NCBI GenBank assembly: GCA_030390025.1
Contig: JASTWF010000336.1
Location: forward strand, 62,001-126,000
Length of the DNA stretch: 64,000 bases
Origin: Squalus acanthias
Taxonomy: Eukaryota
Direction: 5' to 3'
Below the pieces are notes generated by a model. That model worked only from the letters and a program-made list of their open reading frames with translations, searched no databases and had not been told where the DNA came from. Below, in pieces: positions 35,399-50,303 of this stretch. The first letter of the stretch is position 1. Every line of letters starts with the position of its first letter. The translations under genes and the position numbers were made by a program.

Positions 35399-36813
35399 AA
35401 TGAGCTTGACAGGAGCGTTATCAAAGAAACATTGACACCGAGACAGATAAGGAGATATTAGGAGAGGAGAAAGCCACTCTGGACACACGTCAGTTGCTGC
35501 CGGTGAGTGTGAGAGCGACGCGAATCCGGCCCCTGAGAGCGATTTGTTTCCCCAATACTGTATGGAAGGATGGAGAGGAACAGGCTCTGTCAATCTCTGA
35601 CACTGAACTGCTGGTGAGTGGGGAGTTTAATCAGTCTCTGCCTGTCCCCGCTGGGTGAGCAGGCGACAGATACCAGACAAGTTCCCGGGCCTGTGCGACT
35701 GTCACCCCCTGTGTCTGTCTCTGTGCCTTGTGTACAGGATTAATCCTCAGTCCCTCTATGCCCCAGCCCTGCCTGTTATATCTGGATAGATGCTCAACCT
35801 CTCAGTTTCCGGTCTATTGAGACCGAGTTCAGGGCATGTGTGGTGAACACAATGTCTCACTATTTCTGTGAATAATACTATAATCTAAAAGCAGGCTAGG
35901 ATCGACACAGCCAAACTGTGACACATTCCTGCCCCTAAATCTCGGTAACAGAGAGTGCGTGGACCGCCTGGCTCAGAGTACGAAGTTTAAGACTGATATT
36001 CTCTCTCTCTGGTTGCTGTCTCTGGGTGTTGAGAATGGAATGCACAGGACACCAGTTGCTCTGTTCTGTTCCTCAGTTTCGGAGGAGAGAGAGACAGAGA
36101 GAGGCTAGAGGGGCGGTCAGATCATCATTTCTATTTTCATATAAATCAAACCTATTTCTGCCTGCGAACAAGATAATACCTTCAAAGCAGATATGGGTGA
36201 ACACAGCCAGAGCTGTGATTGGCTCCTGCCCCTGAATCTGGGGATCAGACACTGTGAGGAGCGCCGACCTCAGAGTGTTTAACACTGACTGAGCTGGGAA
36301 ACTCCAACTAACTCCGAAAATCGGCAGCACAGGCCGAGCGGAGAGGAAAACCTGTCCCGGGAACTGTAAATCTGGGAGCAGATTGTGCTGTGAATGAGCA
36401 GAGTGAACATTGTGTCAGCGAGAGTGTGTTAAAGGAGCGGGCGGGTTAGACTAATGTCACTGTGTTTGTGTGTCCGCTCTCATCGCCGGATTTCAGAGAC
36501 CCTCTTGTGTAAAATTCAAAGATTTCACTGTCATAGGATCGCCCTGCCCCCCTGCTCAGCCCCGAAGTGCGAATTAAACGTGAAGTTTTATTTGATTTCA
36601 AATATCAGCCAAAAAACAAGGAACTTTTCCGAGATCGGGTGAGAGAGCGCCATCAGTGCAGCAATGAAAGGGCTTTAAATCGAAATTGCTGCCTTGAATT
36701 CTGATGAAACTTTCTCGCAGGCAAACATCCCGGTCTTCGAGACAGAAAGAGGCCAGTCTGGGAATCTGGAGTGCCCGAGTTTAATTGGAATCGGAGAGTT
36801 AATGAGGAGAGAG

Positions 36814-36820
36814 AAACACA
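36814..36820 (+). promoter_or_regulatory. H1 (AC) box
   Basis: AAACACA ~150 bp upstream of the H1 ATG. Confidence 0.6.
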
Positions 36821-36964
36821 GAGAGGCTGGAGGGGCCGGGAGCTGACAGCAGGATGTCTCCGCCCCGTCCGCTCGCTGCCTTTAAGTTGCTCTGTGTCGC
36901 CGCCTCTCGTTTCATTTTTGACCCAACTCTGACTGTCAGAGAGAGTTTCTACAGAGTCGCGGAC

Positions 36965-37639
36965 ATGACTGAAACTGCAGCCGCCGAAACGGCTCCTCCT
37001 GCCGCCGTCGCTCAAACCAAGTCTCCCAGCAAGAAGAAGAAGGCGACTCCCCGCTCCAAGGCAGCCGGTCCCACGTTGGGCGAGCAGATCCTCAAGGTTG
37101 TGGCGAGTGGCAGCGGACGCAAGGGGATGTCCCTGGCCGCAATAAAGAAGGCTCTGGCTGCCAACGGCGTCGATGTGCAGAAGCAGCGTTCCCAGATCAT
37201 TTTAAGCATCAAGAGGAAAGTGTTAAACGGCTCCCTGGAGCAGACCAAGGGCACGGGCGCCGCGGGCTCCTTCAGGCTCGCTAAGAAGGAATCCCAGCCG
37301 AAAGAGGGAAAGAATTTGAAGAAACCGGCAGCCAAGAAATCTGCAGTAAAGAAACCAGCAGCCAAGAAATCTGCAGTAAAGAAACCAGCAGCCAAGAAAT
37401 CTCCAGCCAAGAAACCAGCAGCCAAGAAATCTCCAGCCAAGAAAACGATCGCCAAGAAGGCGCCAACATCAAAAAAGTCAGCGAAAGTGGCGGCTGGGAA
37501 GAAGAAGGTTGCGGCGAAGAAGCCCAAGAGCCCCAAGAAGGCCACAGGCGGACTGGTGAAGGTGGCCAAGAAGGTGGAAAAACCCAAGGCCAAGCCCAAA
37601 TCAGCAAAGTCTCAGAAAGCAGCGACCAAAAGAAAGTAA
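36965..37639 (+). CDS. H1: Replication-dependent linker histone H1 (224 aa)
   Basis: MTETAAAE start, globular domain (GMSLAAIKKAL..GTGAAGSFRL), K/A/P tail with 30-bp repeats, intronless. Confidence 0.95.
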   Translation: MTETAAAETAPPAAVAQTKSPSKKKKATPRSKAAGPTLGEQILKVVASGSGRKGMSLAAIKKALAANGVDVQKQRSQIILSIKRKVLNGSLEQTKGTGAAGSFRLAKKESQPKEGKNLKKPAAKKSAVKKPAAKKSAVKKPAAKKSPAKKPAAKKSPAKKTIAKKAPTSKKSAKVAAGKKKVAAKKPKSPKKATGGLVKVAKKVEKPKAKPKSAKSQKAATKRK

Positions 37640-37670
37640 AAAGGACAACTTGTAAACATCTGAACCCAAA

Positions 37671-37711
37671 GGCTCTTTTCAGAGCCGCCCAATTCTTTCC
37701 AAAAAGAGCTG
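37671..37711 (+). terminator. Histone 3' stem-loop + U7 downstream element
   Basis: GGCTCTTTTCAGAGCC (37671-37686) and AAAGAGCTG. Confidence 0.92.
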
Positions 37712-38491
37712 ATCGCGAATCAAATGATCCATGTCCCGGGTCCGGGCTCAGACTCCCGATTGAAATCATTTCAAATGAACCCCGGCTCCCTGGTGACTCG
37801 CTGACATTCGCTGCACCCACCCCTCCCCCAGTGTCTGTAATAAATCAGAGATAATGAGATGTCCGGGCCGGGCCTCACTCTAACTGGGGCAGGGGGGTGT
37901 TCGGCTCCAGTCTCAGTTCATGGTCATTTTCAGTTCACAGGTTCAGGGTGAGAGTCTCTGTGAGACGGTGACACTGGCGGAGATACCCCGCGTCACAACT
38001 CACACCCCAACACATGAGATTCTGTAAATCACCTGGAATAAGGTGTTTGTAAACTGCTGAACCCGTCTGTGAGGGCAGTGTGGGGAGATGGAATAAGGCC
38101 AGAGATTGACATGGAAGGAGACGGGTTGACTTGTGATAGAAGGGACAGTATATCGGCGGGAATATTACTGATTGTTAATTGTAACAGGACTTTATTTAAA
38201 AGATTCTGGTTTCAGGAAACCCTTGAATATGAAGTCCGAGTCTGTAAGGGTTTGTGCGGAGCGCTGGGTTTCGATTCTATCGTCGATAAACGGTTTGAAA
38301 TTGGCTGTTGGAGAAAGCTGGAGGTGGAGCTGGAAGATCAGAGGCCGCTCTCTGCTCTGTCTGTCACTCTTGAAACTGTCTCCTCCCCTCCCGCTCTCTC
38401 TCACTCTGCGCTTTCTCAGTCAGGTCGGAGTCGGCTGTATATAACAGCAGCCAGAAGCAGTTCGTTTCTCATTCAGCAGAAGTTTGAGTGA

Positions 38492-40946
<2,455 letters not shown>

Positions 40947-40980
40947 ACAACTCGACTCTTTCCACCAAACACAACGCAAA

Positions 40981-41020
40981 GGCTCTTTTAAGAGCCACCC
41001 ACCGCCTCACAGAGAGAGCA
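40981..41020 (+). terminator. Histone stem-loop + purine-rich downstream element
   Basis: GGCTCTTTTAAGAGCC then AGAGAGAG. Confidence 0.9.
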
Positions 41021-42469
41021 GTGACCTGAGAACGGGAGCTGGGGTAGATTGTGCTCAAAAATAGATTGTGGTCAGAAATATTAGTAACGGATTTGCGCTG
41101 TGTTCTGAATTTTGGAATCTGAATTTCGCTTTCTGTTGCACCAGATTTATTGAAAGTTTTTCCCCAGACGGCAGATGCTCCCTCTCGGTGAAAAATCACA
41201 TCACATCACATTTGTTCATTGTGTTATTCTATAATAATTATCTGGCTGGTCGGGCAGGAGCCGTTGAATGGGTCACTGAAAAGAGTCCAACTTGTGAATT
41301 ATTTCCCGCCAGACGGTGATGTCCGGCACTGATACTGACAGGGTTTGTGAAATTGAACAATTTCAGCTCAGTTATTCGGGGATCTGAAATTACCGCGGTT
41401 TTTGAACCCGCTCGAACCCGAGTTTACTTCTGATTGGCGGTCCGCGTCACAATCCCATTTCTTAACCAATCGCAGAGCCGCAGATTAGAAATTAAGCACA
41501 TCATTGGTTCAAATTGTCGACCTGGCAAAATGTTTTATTTTTTTTGTATTTGCAAAAACCCGCCAATTCCAGTGCCGGAAAGAAGCGAATTAATCGAAAG
41601 TCCAATTTCCAGGGAATGATTTTAAAATCTCGGGCCTTTCGTTCTGTTATTCTCGGTTCACCGTCACACATTCCTGGCGCTGTTCCACGAACAGGTTTAA
41701 TTTGTCAGCCTCTTATCAGTAACAGGCGGCAATACGTCTCCACTCAGCAATCTAAAATGTGCCGAGTATCAGATCGCTCACTGCACAGTTACCGAATGAC
41801 AGATTATTGGCCAAGCCCTTCTCACAGGCTCCACGGGGACAGAGAGAAGCGACTGATTTCTGATCCTCGCCCCTGAAAGCGGCGGCTAACGTCACAATCG
41901 GACGGGCGGAGGGAAAGTCTGAATGGGTTGGAGAGGAGAGGGAGAGGAATAGAGTGGGAGAGCGGGAGATTGGCGCGGGTCCCTTTCCCCGCTCCTGTCA
42001 GCATCAACAGCCCAGAGTGCAGGCAATGGGAAGGGCCCTAAAGCACCAGTCTTGTAGTGTGACTGGAACTGGGCATTTATAACGTGGGAGGCAGTGAATA
42101 TCTGACGGTGCGGGTTTGTTCTGGGTTTAAATGTGAGTGATCTACCTAGTAGACTGATTGCACATGAACAATGGGTGGGAAATTATAAGTAGGATCTCTG
42201 GTAGTTAACTGCTCTCACGCCACATACCGTGTTAGAGAATAAGGTGCCTGAGGTCCGAATCTCAGCTTTAAAACCATCTCTTGTTGCGGGGACAGGTGGG
42301 AACTTGTTAATATTTGGAATATTTTAAATCAACCGGAGCTGTAATGCTGGCTCCATCCTGTCTAAACTAAAAGGGAAAATAATTGTATTCAGCATGTATA
42401 TACTTCTTCCCATGGCACTATTGCCCCCTAATCGCCCATCAACAACTCCTTTATACTCGGTTCATATTC

Positions 42470-42537
42470 GAGAAGTCGCACAACACCAGGTTATAGTCCA
42501 ACAGTTTTATTTGAAATCACGAGCTATAACCTGGTGT
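42470..42537 (-). mobile_element. Penelope pLTR remnant, left arm
   Basis: Matches 27238-27294; inverted partner at 57611-57670. Confidence 0.75.
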
Positions 42538-42610
42538 TCCTCTTTTTGGTTGGACAAAAAAATCCAAATTTACTGTAAATCAATTAAAACTTTAAATGAA
42601 ACTTAATAAA

Positions 42611-45600
42611 TCAAATCAAAATTTGGAAGTCCGGGGTGACGATGCACTCCAGCCCCCGCGGCGCCCACCGGTCGCGGAAAAACTCAAGCGTGCCGGCGGG
42701 CACCGCGTGCTCCATCTCCAGGGCCACCCGGGCGCGAACATGGCCGCGGAAGAGAGGCAGGCAATCGGGCCGAACGACCCCCTCGACCGCCCGCTGCCTG
42801 GACCAATTAATGGCTTTCTTGGCCAGGCCCAGGAGCAGTCCTACGAGGAGGTCCTCCGACCTACCCGCTCCCCTCCGCACCGGGTGACCGTAGATCAGGA
42901 GCGTGGGGCTGAAGTGCAACCAGAAATTGAGGAGCAGCCCCTTCAAATAATGAAAGAGGGGCTGCAACCTCTCACACTCAATATAAATGTGATAGACGGA
43001 CTCCTCCAGGCCGCAGAAATGGCAAGCAGCCTGGGAGTCCGTAAACCTACTTAAAATCCTGTTGCACGGGACTGCTCCGTGCAACACCCTTCAGGCCAAG
43101 TCCCCAATAGAACAAGGGAAGACTCCCGCGTAGAGAGCCTTCCAATGGGGACCTTCGCCTCCGCCGGACGGCAGGATGGTACGCCAAGGCGTGTCCGGAC
43201 GGCAGACGAAGATGGCAAAGTGGAGAGTGTGCAGGAGCAGCCCGTACAGGAAACGCCTCCGTGCGGATTGAAAGGGCACGGAGGGCATTTCTCCGAGAAG
43301 GCTCAAGTGGTGAGGCGGCGGCTCCCGAGGGAGGATTCGGGGCCGGGCGCCGATAAGGAATTCCGTCCGAACGGGGGTCAGTTCGGACGGGATCGCCCCA
43401 CGTGCTTGAGCCTCCTCGACACACCTAGTGGAGACGGGGCCCAGTGCTACTTTTAGCGACTCGATGGCTTTGACCGCGAGCCGGACGTTGACCCAGGACA
43501 TGCGCCTCGCCAACTCCTCCGGCGCCATCCAGCCCGCTCCTCCGCCATCGAGCAGGTCCCCGACTCTGGTCACCTTACCGGGCACAGCCCTGCCCTCCGC
43601 CAGCCAGCCGAACCCGCGGTCGTGGAGGTGCGGATTCCTGAACAGCGGCTCCCGAAGGACGGCCGCCGCTCCTGACGGGGGAGAACTGTGCTCGGAGGCG
43701 ACGCTGTTCCAAACCCATAGCAGTTCCTGGTAGAAGACAGGCAGCTCCCGCAGGCTGGCACGCGTGCCACCCACTCTCACAAACAGGAGCTGCGTGTCGT
43801 AATTGAGGCCGTGCAGCTGGCGGAAGAAATACGTCGCCAGCGCACGCCACCTAGGAGGATTCTCCACGTACAGGTATCTCTGCAGCGTCTGAAGACGGAA
43901 AGTCGCCGCCTGGGTGCGAAGGCACACCAGCGCCTGACCGCCCTCCCTAAGCGGGAGACTCAAAACCGCGGCAGAGACCCAGTGCTTCCTTTTGTCCCAG
44001 AAGAAGTCGACGAGCTTCTTCTGCATCTTGGCGACAAACGCAGGGGGAGGGATCAAAGTGACCAACCGGTACCACAACATGGCGGCCACCAGCTGGTTTA
44101 TGACCAGCGCTCGACCCCTGTAGGACAACACTCGGAGCAGTCCTGTCCAGCGTCCTAGGCGACAGGTGACTTTGGCCTCCAGCTGTTGCCAGTTCGCCGG
44201 CCAGGCGTCCTCGGCCGGGCTGAGGTAGACTCCCAGGTAGAGGAGGTGCGTGGTGCTCCAGGCGAAAGGCCCGAACTCCTCCGGCAGGGAGTCCACCCGC
44301 CATGGGCCCACCAGGAGTCCAGAACATTTCTCCCAGTTGATCTTGGCGGAGGATGCGTCCGAGTAAATCTGCTGGCATTCTCGCATCCTCCGCAAGTCGA
44401 CGGGATCCGTGATCGCGAGGAGCACGTCATCGGCGTAAGCCGAGAGGACCACCTCCACGCCCGGCCCTTGCAGAGCCAGTCCCGTCAACCTCTTCCGCAA
44501 GAGGCGCAGGAAAGGCTCCACGCAAACGGCGTATAACTGACCGGACATGGGGCATCCCTGACGCACCCCCCTCCCGAAGCGAAGGGGCGCCGTCAAAGAC
44601 CCGTTAACTTTAAACAGACACTCCGCGGCGGCGTACAGAAGTCGGATCCGGGCGACGAAATGCGTCCCGAACCCGAATGCGCGCAGAGTCCCGAAAAGAT
44701 ACTCGTGATCCACCCTGTCGAACGCCTTCTCCTGATCTAGGGAAAGGAAGGCGACCGACAGACCAGCCCTCTGGGAATGGTGGTCCAGATCCCGGACCAG
44801 ATGGATGTTATCGTGGATACTCCGGCCCGGGACCGTGTAGGACTGGTCGGGGTGGATCATGTGGGCCAGCACGGTGCCAAGGCGAGCAGACATAGCCCTG
44901 GCGAAAATTTCGTAGTCCGTGCTGAGGAGGGAGACCGGGCGCCAGTTCTTAAGTAGGCGGAGATCGCCCTTCTTGGGCAGCAGGACGATGACCGCCCTGC
45001 GCCAAGAGAGGGGCATCTCCCCGGTCGCCAGACTTTCCCCCAGGACCCGCGCGTAGTCGTCCCCCAAGACGTCCCAGAACGCCCTGTGGAACTCCACGGT
45101 CAGCCCGTCCAGCCCCGGGGACTTGCCCCTCGAGAGCTGGCGCAGGGCGCCGGTCAGCTCCGCCAGGCTTAGCGGAGCTTCTAAATTCTCGGCGCCCTCC
45201 GGGCCGACCTTCGGCAGGTCCTCCCACAAAACTCTGCGCGCATCCTCGCTGGACGGATCCGAAGAGAACAGAGCCCCGTAATAGGCCCGGGCCTCCGCGC
45301 TGATGCCCTCCGGATCCGAGACCAGAGATCCGTCGTCGGCCAGCAGCCCCAAGAGCTGCTTACGGACCCCCCGTCTTTTTTCCAGCGAGTAGAAGAAGGG
45401 GGAGCCGCGGTCCAGGTCCCGCAGGAACTGGATCCGCGACCTCACGTACGCGCCTCGGGACCCGACCAGCTGCAGGTCCTTCAGCGCGCCCTTCTTCTCT
45501 TCGTACACCTTCCGCAGGGCCGGGTCCTCGACGACCTGACCGAGACGGGACTCCAGGTCGAGCACTTCTTTCTCCAATCGCCCAACCCGGGCCTCCCGCC

Positions 45601-46510
45601 TCTTGGTCGACCCCTTCGCGTACTCCTGACAGAAGACGCGGACGTGAGCCTTGCCCACGTCCCACCATAGCCTCAAGGAGGGGAAGCCTCCCCGCTTCCT
45701 TCTCCAGTCGGCCCAGAACCGGCGAAACGAATCCCGGAACCGCGCGTCCTCCAGCAGCAGGTTGTTAAAATGCCAGTACGCGGACCCCCCCCGCGCGCGC
45801 AGCGGAGCGAGCTCCGCCCACACCAGGTGGTGGTCCGTGCACGGCACCGGCCGCATGGAAGCCGCCGGAACGCAGGAGACGTACGCCCGGGAAATGTAAA
45901 GGCGGTCGATTCTGGACCTTCCTCCTCCAGACCTCACGCTCGTGAAGGCGCTGGAGTCGGGATGGAGATTTCGCCAGACGTCCACCAAGTCGAAGGACCC
46001 GACCAGGTCCCGCAACTTCTCCATCGCCGCCGGGCTTCGCGGGGGACCCGACCGGTCCCGCGCCTCGAGGGTACAATTGAAATCCCCCCTGAGGATGACG
46101 CACTCGCCCACGTCGATGGAGCCCAGAAGAGCGGACACTTCTCCGAAGAAGCGCACTTGCTGCGCACCGGTCCGGGGGGCGTACACGTTCACTAAATGGA
46201 GCGGCACGCCTCCCAGGCGAACAGTGACCTGGAGCAAGCGGCCCGGCACGTGCTCCTTGACCCTCAAGATCTCCGGCTGAAAATGCGGGGCCAGCAAGAC
46301 AGCCACCCCGCAGGAATTGTTAGAGAGGTGACTCATGCTGACCCCTCCTTGCCACTCCAGGAGCCACGTGGCCTCGTCTCCCGGAACGGTGTGGGTTTCT
46401 TGCAGGAAGCACACCGCATATTTCCCGTCCCGAAGGACCGAGAAGTTATTGAATCTACGGCGCGCCTCCCTGCTGCCGTTGATGTTGAGGCTGGCTATGG
46501 TTATCTTCAT
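42611..46510 (-). pseudogene. Tx1-A ORF2 with one nonsense change (TGG to TGA at 43091-43093)
   Basis: ORFs 43091-46528 and 42611-43087 are in frame; paralogs read GDLAWRVLHG/GDMAWRVLHG. Confidence 0.88.
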
Positions 46511-46535
46511 CTCAGAAGCATAGTGCAACCTCTAC

Positions 46536-48692
46536 CTAACGGAGGGGAGGGAGCGCGGTCACTGACGACCGCCACTCCCTCAGCAGCCCAGTGTGGAAAC
46601 TCTTGAGCCGACGCAGCTCGAGCCGGCCAACGTCCTTGTCCGCGCCCATGATCTTAACGGCGGCGCGGACGGACACGACGAGCAGCGCCAGCTCCGACCA
46701 CTTGTCGAGGGCCAGCCGGATCTTCTTGTGACGACCCTGGCTCGCGGCCATAAAATCCCGGAGTTCCCCTACGGGGATGAGGGGAGAGTCGGTGAAGGGC
46801 ACGAGGGCGTCCATCACCTCGCTGCCGATGGACTCCAAATCGTCCTCGATGCCCACCACCGAGTCCCCGTCCTCCTCCGGGAGGTCGTCACCGGCGGCCG
46901 ACCCGTCCGTCGCACGGGGTGCAGCGAACGGCTCGGCCACACCGGCCGGCCCCGCCTCCGTCACGATCCCACCCCCAGGATCGGTGGCAGAGGAGTCCAC
47001 CCTGGGCTCCTTCAGGGGCGCCGGGCCGGGAGGCGGCGGCGGTTCGGGCCCCCCCCCCGCCTCAGGCGCCGGAGCGACCGGAGAAACCGGGGAGAAAATA
47101 ATCTCAAAGTCCTCCAGTACGTCCGGCGCCAACATCAGAGACGGAGTCAGGGGGCTTTCCGTCTCCCCGCCACCAACCTCCGACCCAGCGGGCTGGGGAT
47201 TGTTATACTCCTCCACCAGGTCGAGCAGTCCCTGGGAGATATCTGGGTTGTAAAAGGCGGGCTCGGCTTCAGCCTCTTTGGCCTCGCCCGCCCCAGTCCC
47301 CAGGACGCCCGACCCGGCGAGGAGCAACGGTTCCGGAACTACATTTCCTTCCGCGGGTTGTTCCGCGCCCCCCCCCACGGGCAGGGTCTCTTCCCCATCC
47401 CCGGGAGGCATAGGTCGGACAGACTCGGCTGTCTCACCCTCCCGAGGGACAGGCGACCCCTGCCGCTCGCACGTGACGATGACGGGGGTGGGGTGGGGCG
47501 CAGCACCCGCGGCGGGCGACTCCCCCCCTTCTGCGGAGGGACCTTCCTCCTCACAGTCCTCCTCCTCCTGGGGGCGGAGCTTTCTTTTTAACATGTTGGG
47601 GCCCGGAGAGGGGGAGGCCTCCATGTCTGCTGGGGCCTCCCTCTCTGCCCCCTTCCGACGACTGGGTTTCTTGGGCCCCTCGGGCCCGAGCCCGGCCGCA
47701 GGTCTTGATTTAGCTGCCTTGGCAGTTGCGGTCACGGTCACGGGCCCGGGCACGAGGACCCCCCCAGTCTCATGCGTCCCGATCAACTCCGCGATGTACT
47801 CGGGCGTGAGTTCGGTCAAATCGGATGTTTCCTCCACGAGGGGATCCGCCCTTAGGTGTTTATTCTTTCTAAGCGCCTTCCTTCCCCTCGGACGCTCTCC
47901 CTCCTCCCCGCCGGAGGCCGTGATGGTGTTGGCCTCCGATTTCGACCGCGCATCCGTCGTCTTCGACGCGCGGACAGTATCAGGGGGAGGGGGGGCGGCG
48001 GCGCCAGTCCTGGCCGCGCTAGGTGTCATGGCGGCCTTGGAGGCGGGGCAGTTTTTGCGGACGTGCCCCACCTCCTTACAGGCGTAGCACCGCACGCCGT
48101 CCGAGGTCCAGAAGACGCGGTGGGCGGTCCCCCCGTGGAGCACCGTGAACGCGCCGTCCGCGTCCTCCTCCCGCGCCAGCCGGACGAAAAGCTGGCGCCG
48201 GAAGGAGAAGACGTGCCGAAGGCTGGCTTCCCGGAAGCCGAGCGGGATGGGTGTGATCCCCGACCTCACCTCCCCCAGTTGACGTAGGTGGGGGAGGAGG
48301 AGCTCACCCGGAACAAAGGGCGGGACGTTGGAAACCACAATCCTTTGCGCGGTGGCCTCAAGGGGGTCCACCGGCAGGAAGGTCCCGCCCACGGTGAGCC
48401 CCTTCTCGATGGCCAGGGACACCGCCCGCTCCGACCCCAGGAAGAACACAGCCTTGCCGTACATTTTAGAGGCGGCGACGATGGCTGAAGGGCCGACAAC
48501 CCCAGCCATGGCTTTTACGCACGCCTCTATTGTCATATTGGGGTGAGTGTAGCTCTTGATCCCATTCTTCCTCGTAAGGAGGGTAAAAGGTGACGGGGTA
48601 ACAGGAGGACTCGTGGCTGCGGCCGTGGCCGCGGCTGCCACGCTCGCATACGTCCTCGCTGCCCCCGCCACCGACGAAGATGTGCTCGCCAT
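46536..48692 (-). CDS. Tx1-A ORF1p
   Basis: CYACKEVGHVRKNC knuckle; homologous to Tx1-B ORF1. Confidence 0.85.
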   Translation of the reverse strand: MASTSSSVAGAARTYASVAAAATAAATSPPVTPSPFTLLTRKNGIKSYTHPNMTIEACVKAMAGVVGPSAIVAASKMYGKAVFFLGSERAVSLAIEKGLTVGGTFLPVDPLEATAQRIVVSNVPPFVPGELLLPHLRQLGEVRSGITPIPLGFREASLRHVFSFRRQLFVRLAREEDADGAFTVLHGGTAHRVFWTSDGVRCYACKEVGHVRKNCPASKAAMTPSAARTGAAAPPPPDTVRASKTTDARSKSEANTITASGGEEGERPRGRKALRKNKHLRADPLVEETSDLTELTPEYIAELIGTHETGGVLVPGPVTVTATAKAAKSRPAAGLGPEGPKKPSRRKGAEREAPADMEASPSPGPNMLKRKLRPQEEEDCEEEGPSAEGGESPAAGAAPHPTPVIVTCERQGSPVPREGETAESVRPMPPGDGEETLPVGGGAEQPAEGNVVPEPLLLAGSGVLGTGAGEAKEAEAEPAFYNPDISQGLLDLVEEYNNPQPAGSEVGGGETESPLTPSLMLAPDVLEDFEIIFSPVSPVAPAPEAGGGPEPPPPPGPAPLKEPRVDSSATDPGGGIVTEAGPAGVAEPFAAPRATDGSAAGDDLPEEDGDSVVGIEDDLESIGSEVMDALVPFTDSPLIPVGELRDFMAASQGRHKKIRLALDKWSELALLVVSVRAAVKIMGADKDVGRLELRRLKSFHTGLLREWRSSVTALPPLR

Positions 48693-50066
48693 AATGGACG
48701 GGTCTTTAAGGGCTACACTCACCCCAAGTCACAGGCCTGAAGATGTTAATGGCCTCTGGTTTTTTGTTTTTGTTTTCCCCTGAGCAGAGGGAGCTCTTAA
48801 ATTGAAGGCACACCTCTCCCTTTATGTGAATTAATTAGGAGAGGGGCCTTCTCCCCTCTGCTCAATGGGTACTTAATTAAAAGTAATTTGAGGTGCCTCT
48901 TCGAGAGAGAGGCAGAGAGAGACAAGAGACAAAGAGAGAGAGAGAGGGGGGGTGGGAAGGAGGGAAGCCGCAAGGGCAGGGTCGCCACTCAGGATGGTGG
49001 GTGGGTGGGTGTTGGCAGGGGGGGTACACTCTCCGATGTAAATAAAAGTCTTTGGTGGTGGTCTTCTGGTGGGGGGAGAAGATGTCTTCACCTGGGAAAG
49101 CTGGAGATGCCCAGGCTCAGTCCTGCACCAGGTCTTAACGATGCCCAATTAGATGTTGTTTGAATTGGGGACTTCACCTCGGCAGCTCCAGCTGTCCCAG
49201 GTCAGGCAATGGGAAAGGGGTGTTTAATATGGTGTGTGCGGCCTAGCTTTTACAGAAGCCACACACACACACACCCCGAGTGCGGTCCCAGGCGAGGACA
49301 GACGGAGGCTGAGGCTGAGGCTGCGAGGGACTCAGCTCAACTCGGTGCTGCGTGAACGGGTGAGCGCCGTTTGCTGAGAAGAGGAGGGGAAAGGAGAGGT
49401 CTCTTTTCTCTGTGCCTAGAAGGAGAAGGAGCCACGAAGGACAGAGTGGAGACCTTTCCACCTCCACCACGCCTGCAGCTACAGCTACAACCACGACTGC
49501 TGCTGAGGTGAGAGAGGAGAGGAGAGGAGAGGAGAGGAGAGAGAGGAGACCAGCAACAACAGAGGGAAGCCTTTCCATCACTGCCTCCCCAACTGGTCTC
49601 CATTACGAGAGAGGGAGAGAGGGGAGAACAAGACCAACATCTGCTTGGAAGGAGGGAGAGCGAGCCATCGAGAAGGAAAACAACATCGAGAGGTGGGTGT
49701 TAAAAAGGGCACTCTCCAAAAGACTTTGTATTTGAGGTGGGGGGAGGAAAGAAGAAGGAGAAGACCGGGATAGCAAGGGGAGTGTGTGTGGCTCTTGCTA
49801 ATGACTCGGCCACACACACCATCAACAAGCACCCCTTGCCTATTGCTTCACATTTTAGAACATTGTTAAGACCTGGTTGTAGACTGAGCCTGGGCATCTC
49901 CAGCTTTATTTTTTCCCAGGTGAAGACATCTTCTCCCCCCACCAGAAGAACATCAACAAAGACTTTATTTATCATCGAAGAGTGCCCCCCCCCAGCAGGC
50001 ACCCACCCACCCACTATCCTGAGGGGCGAAAAGGCCCGTGCGGCCTTCCCCCTTCCTCCTTCCCAC

Positions 50067-50097
<31 letters not shown>

Positions 50098-50303
50098 AAC
50101 GAGGCACCTCAAACCTTATTTATTACCCAATTGAGCAGAGGGGAGAAGGCCACTCCCAATTCCAATCATAAAAGGGAGAGGTGTGCCTTCTTTTTCTCAA
50201 AACCCCCCCTCTGCTCGGGGGAAAAGACAAAAAAGCCCAAGGCCACTTAAACGTCACCCGGCCTGTGACTTGGGGTGGGTGTAGCCCTTTATACCACCTC
50301 AGT

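Larger units (their letters stand above)
42538..49277 (-). mobile_element. Tx1-clade LINE A (5' UTR continues at 57224-57610)
   Basis: ORF1 with CCHC; ORF2 APE-RT-zinc finger. Confidence 0.92.

Noticed and set aside
36854..36964. N-terminal extension of H1
   Set aside because: Upstream ATG lies in the promoter; MTETAAAE at 36965 is the typical start
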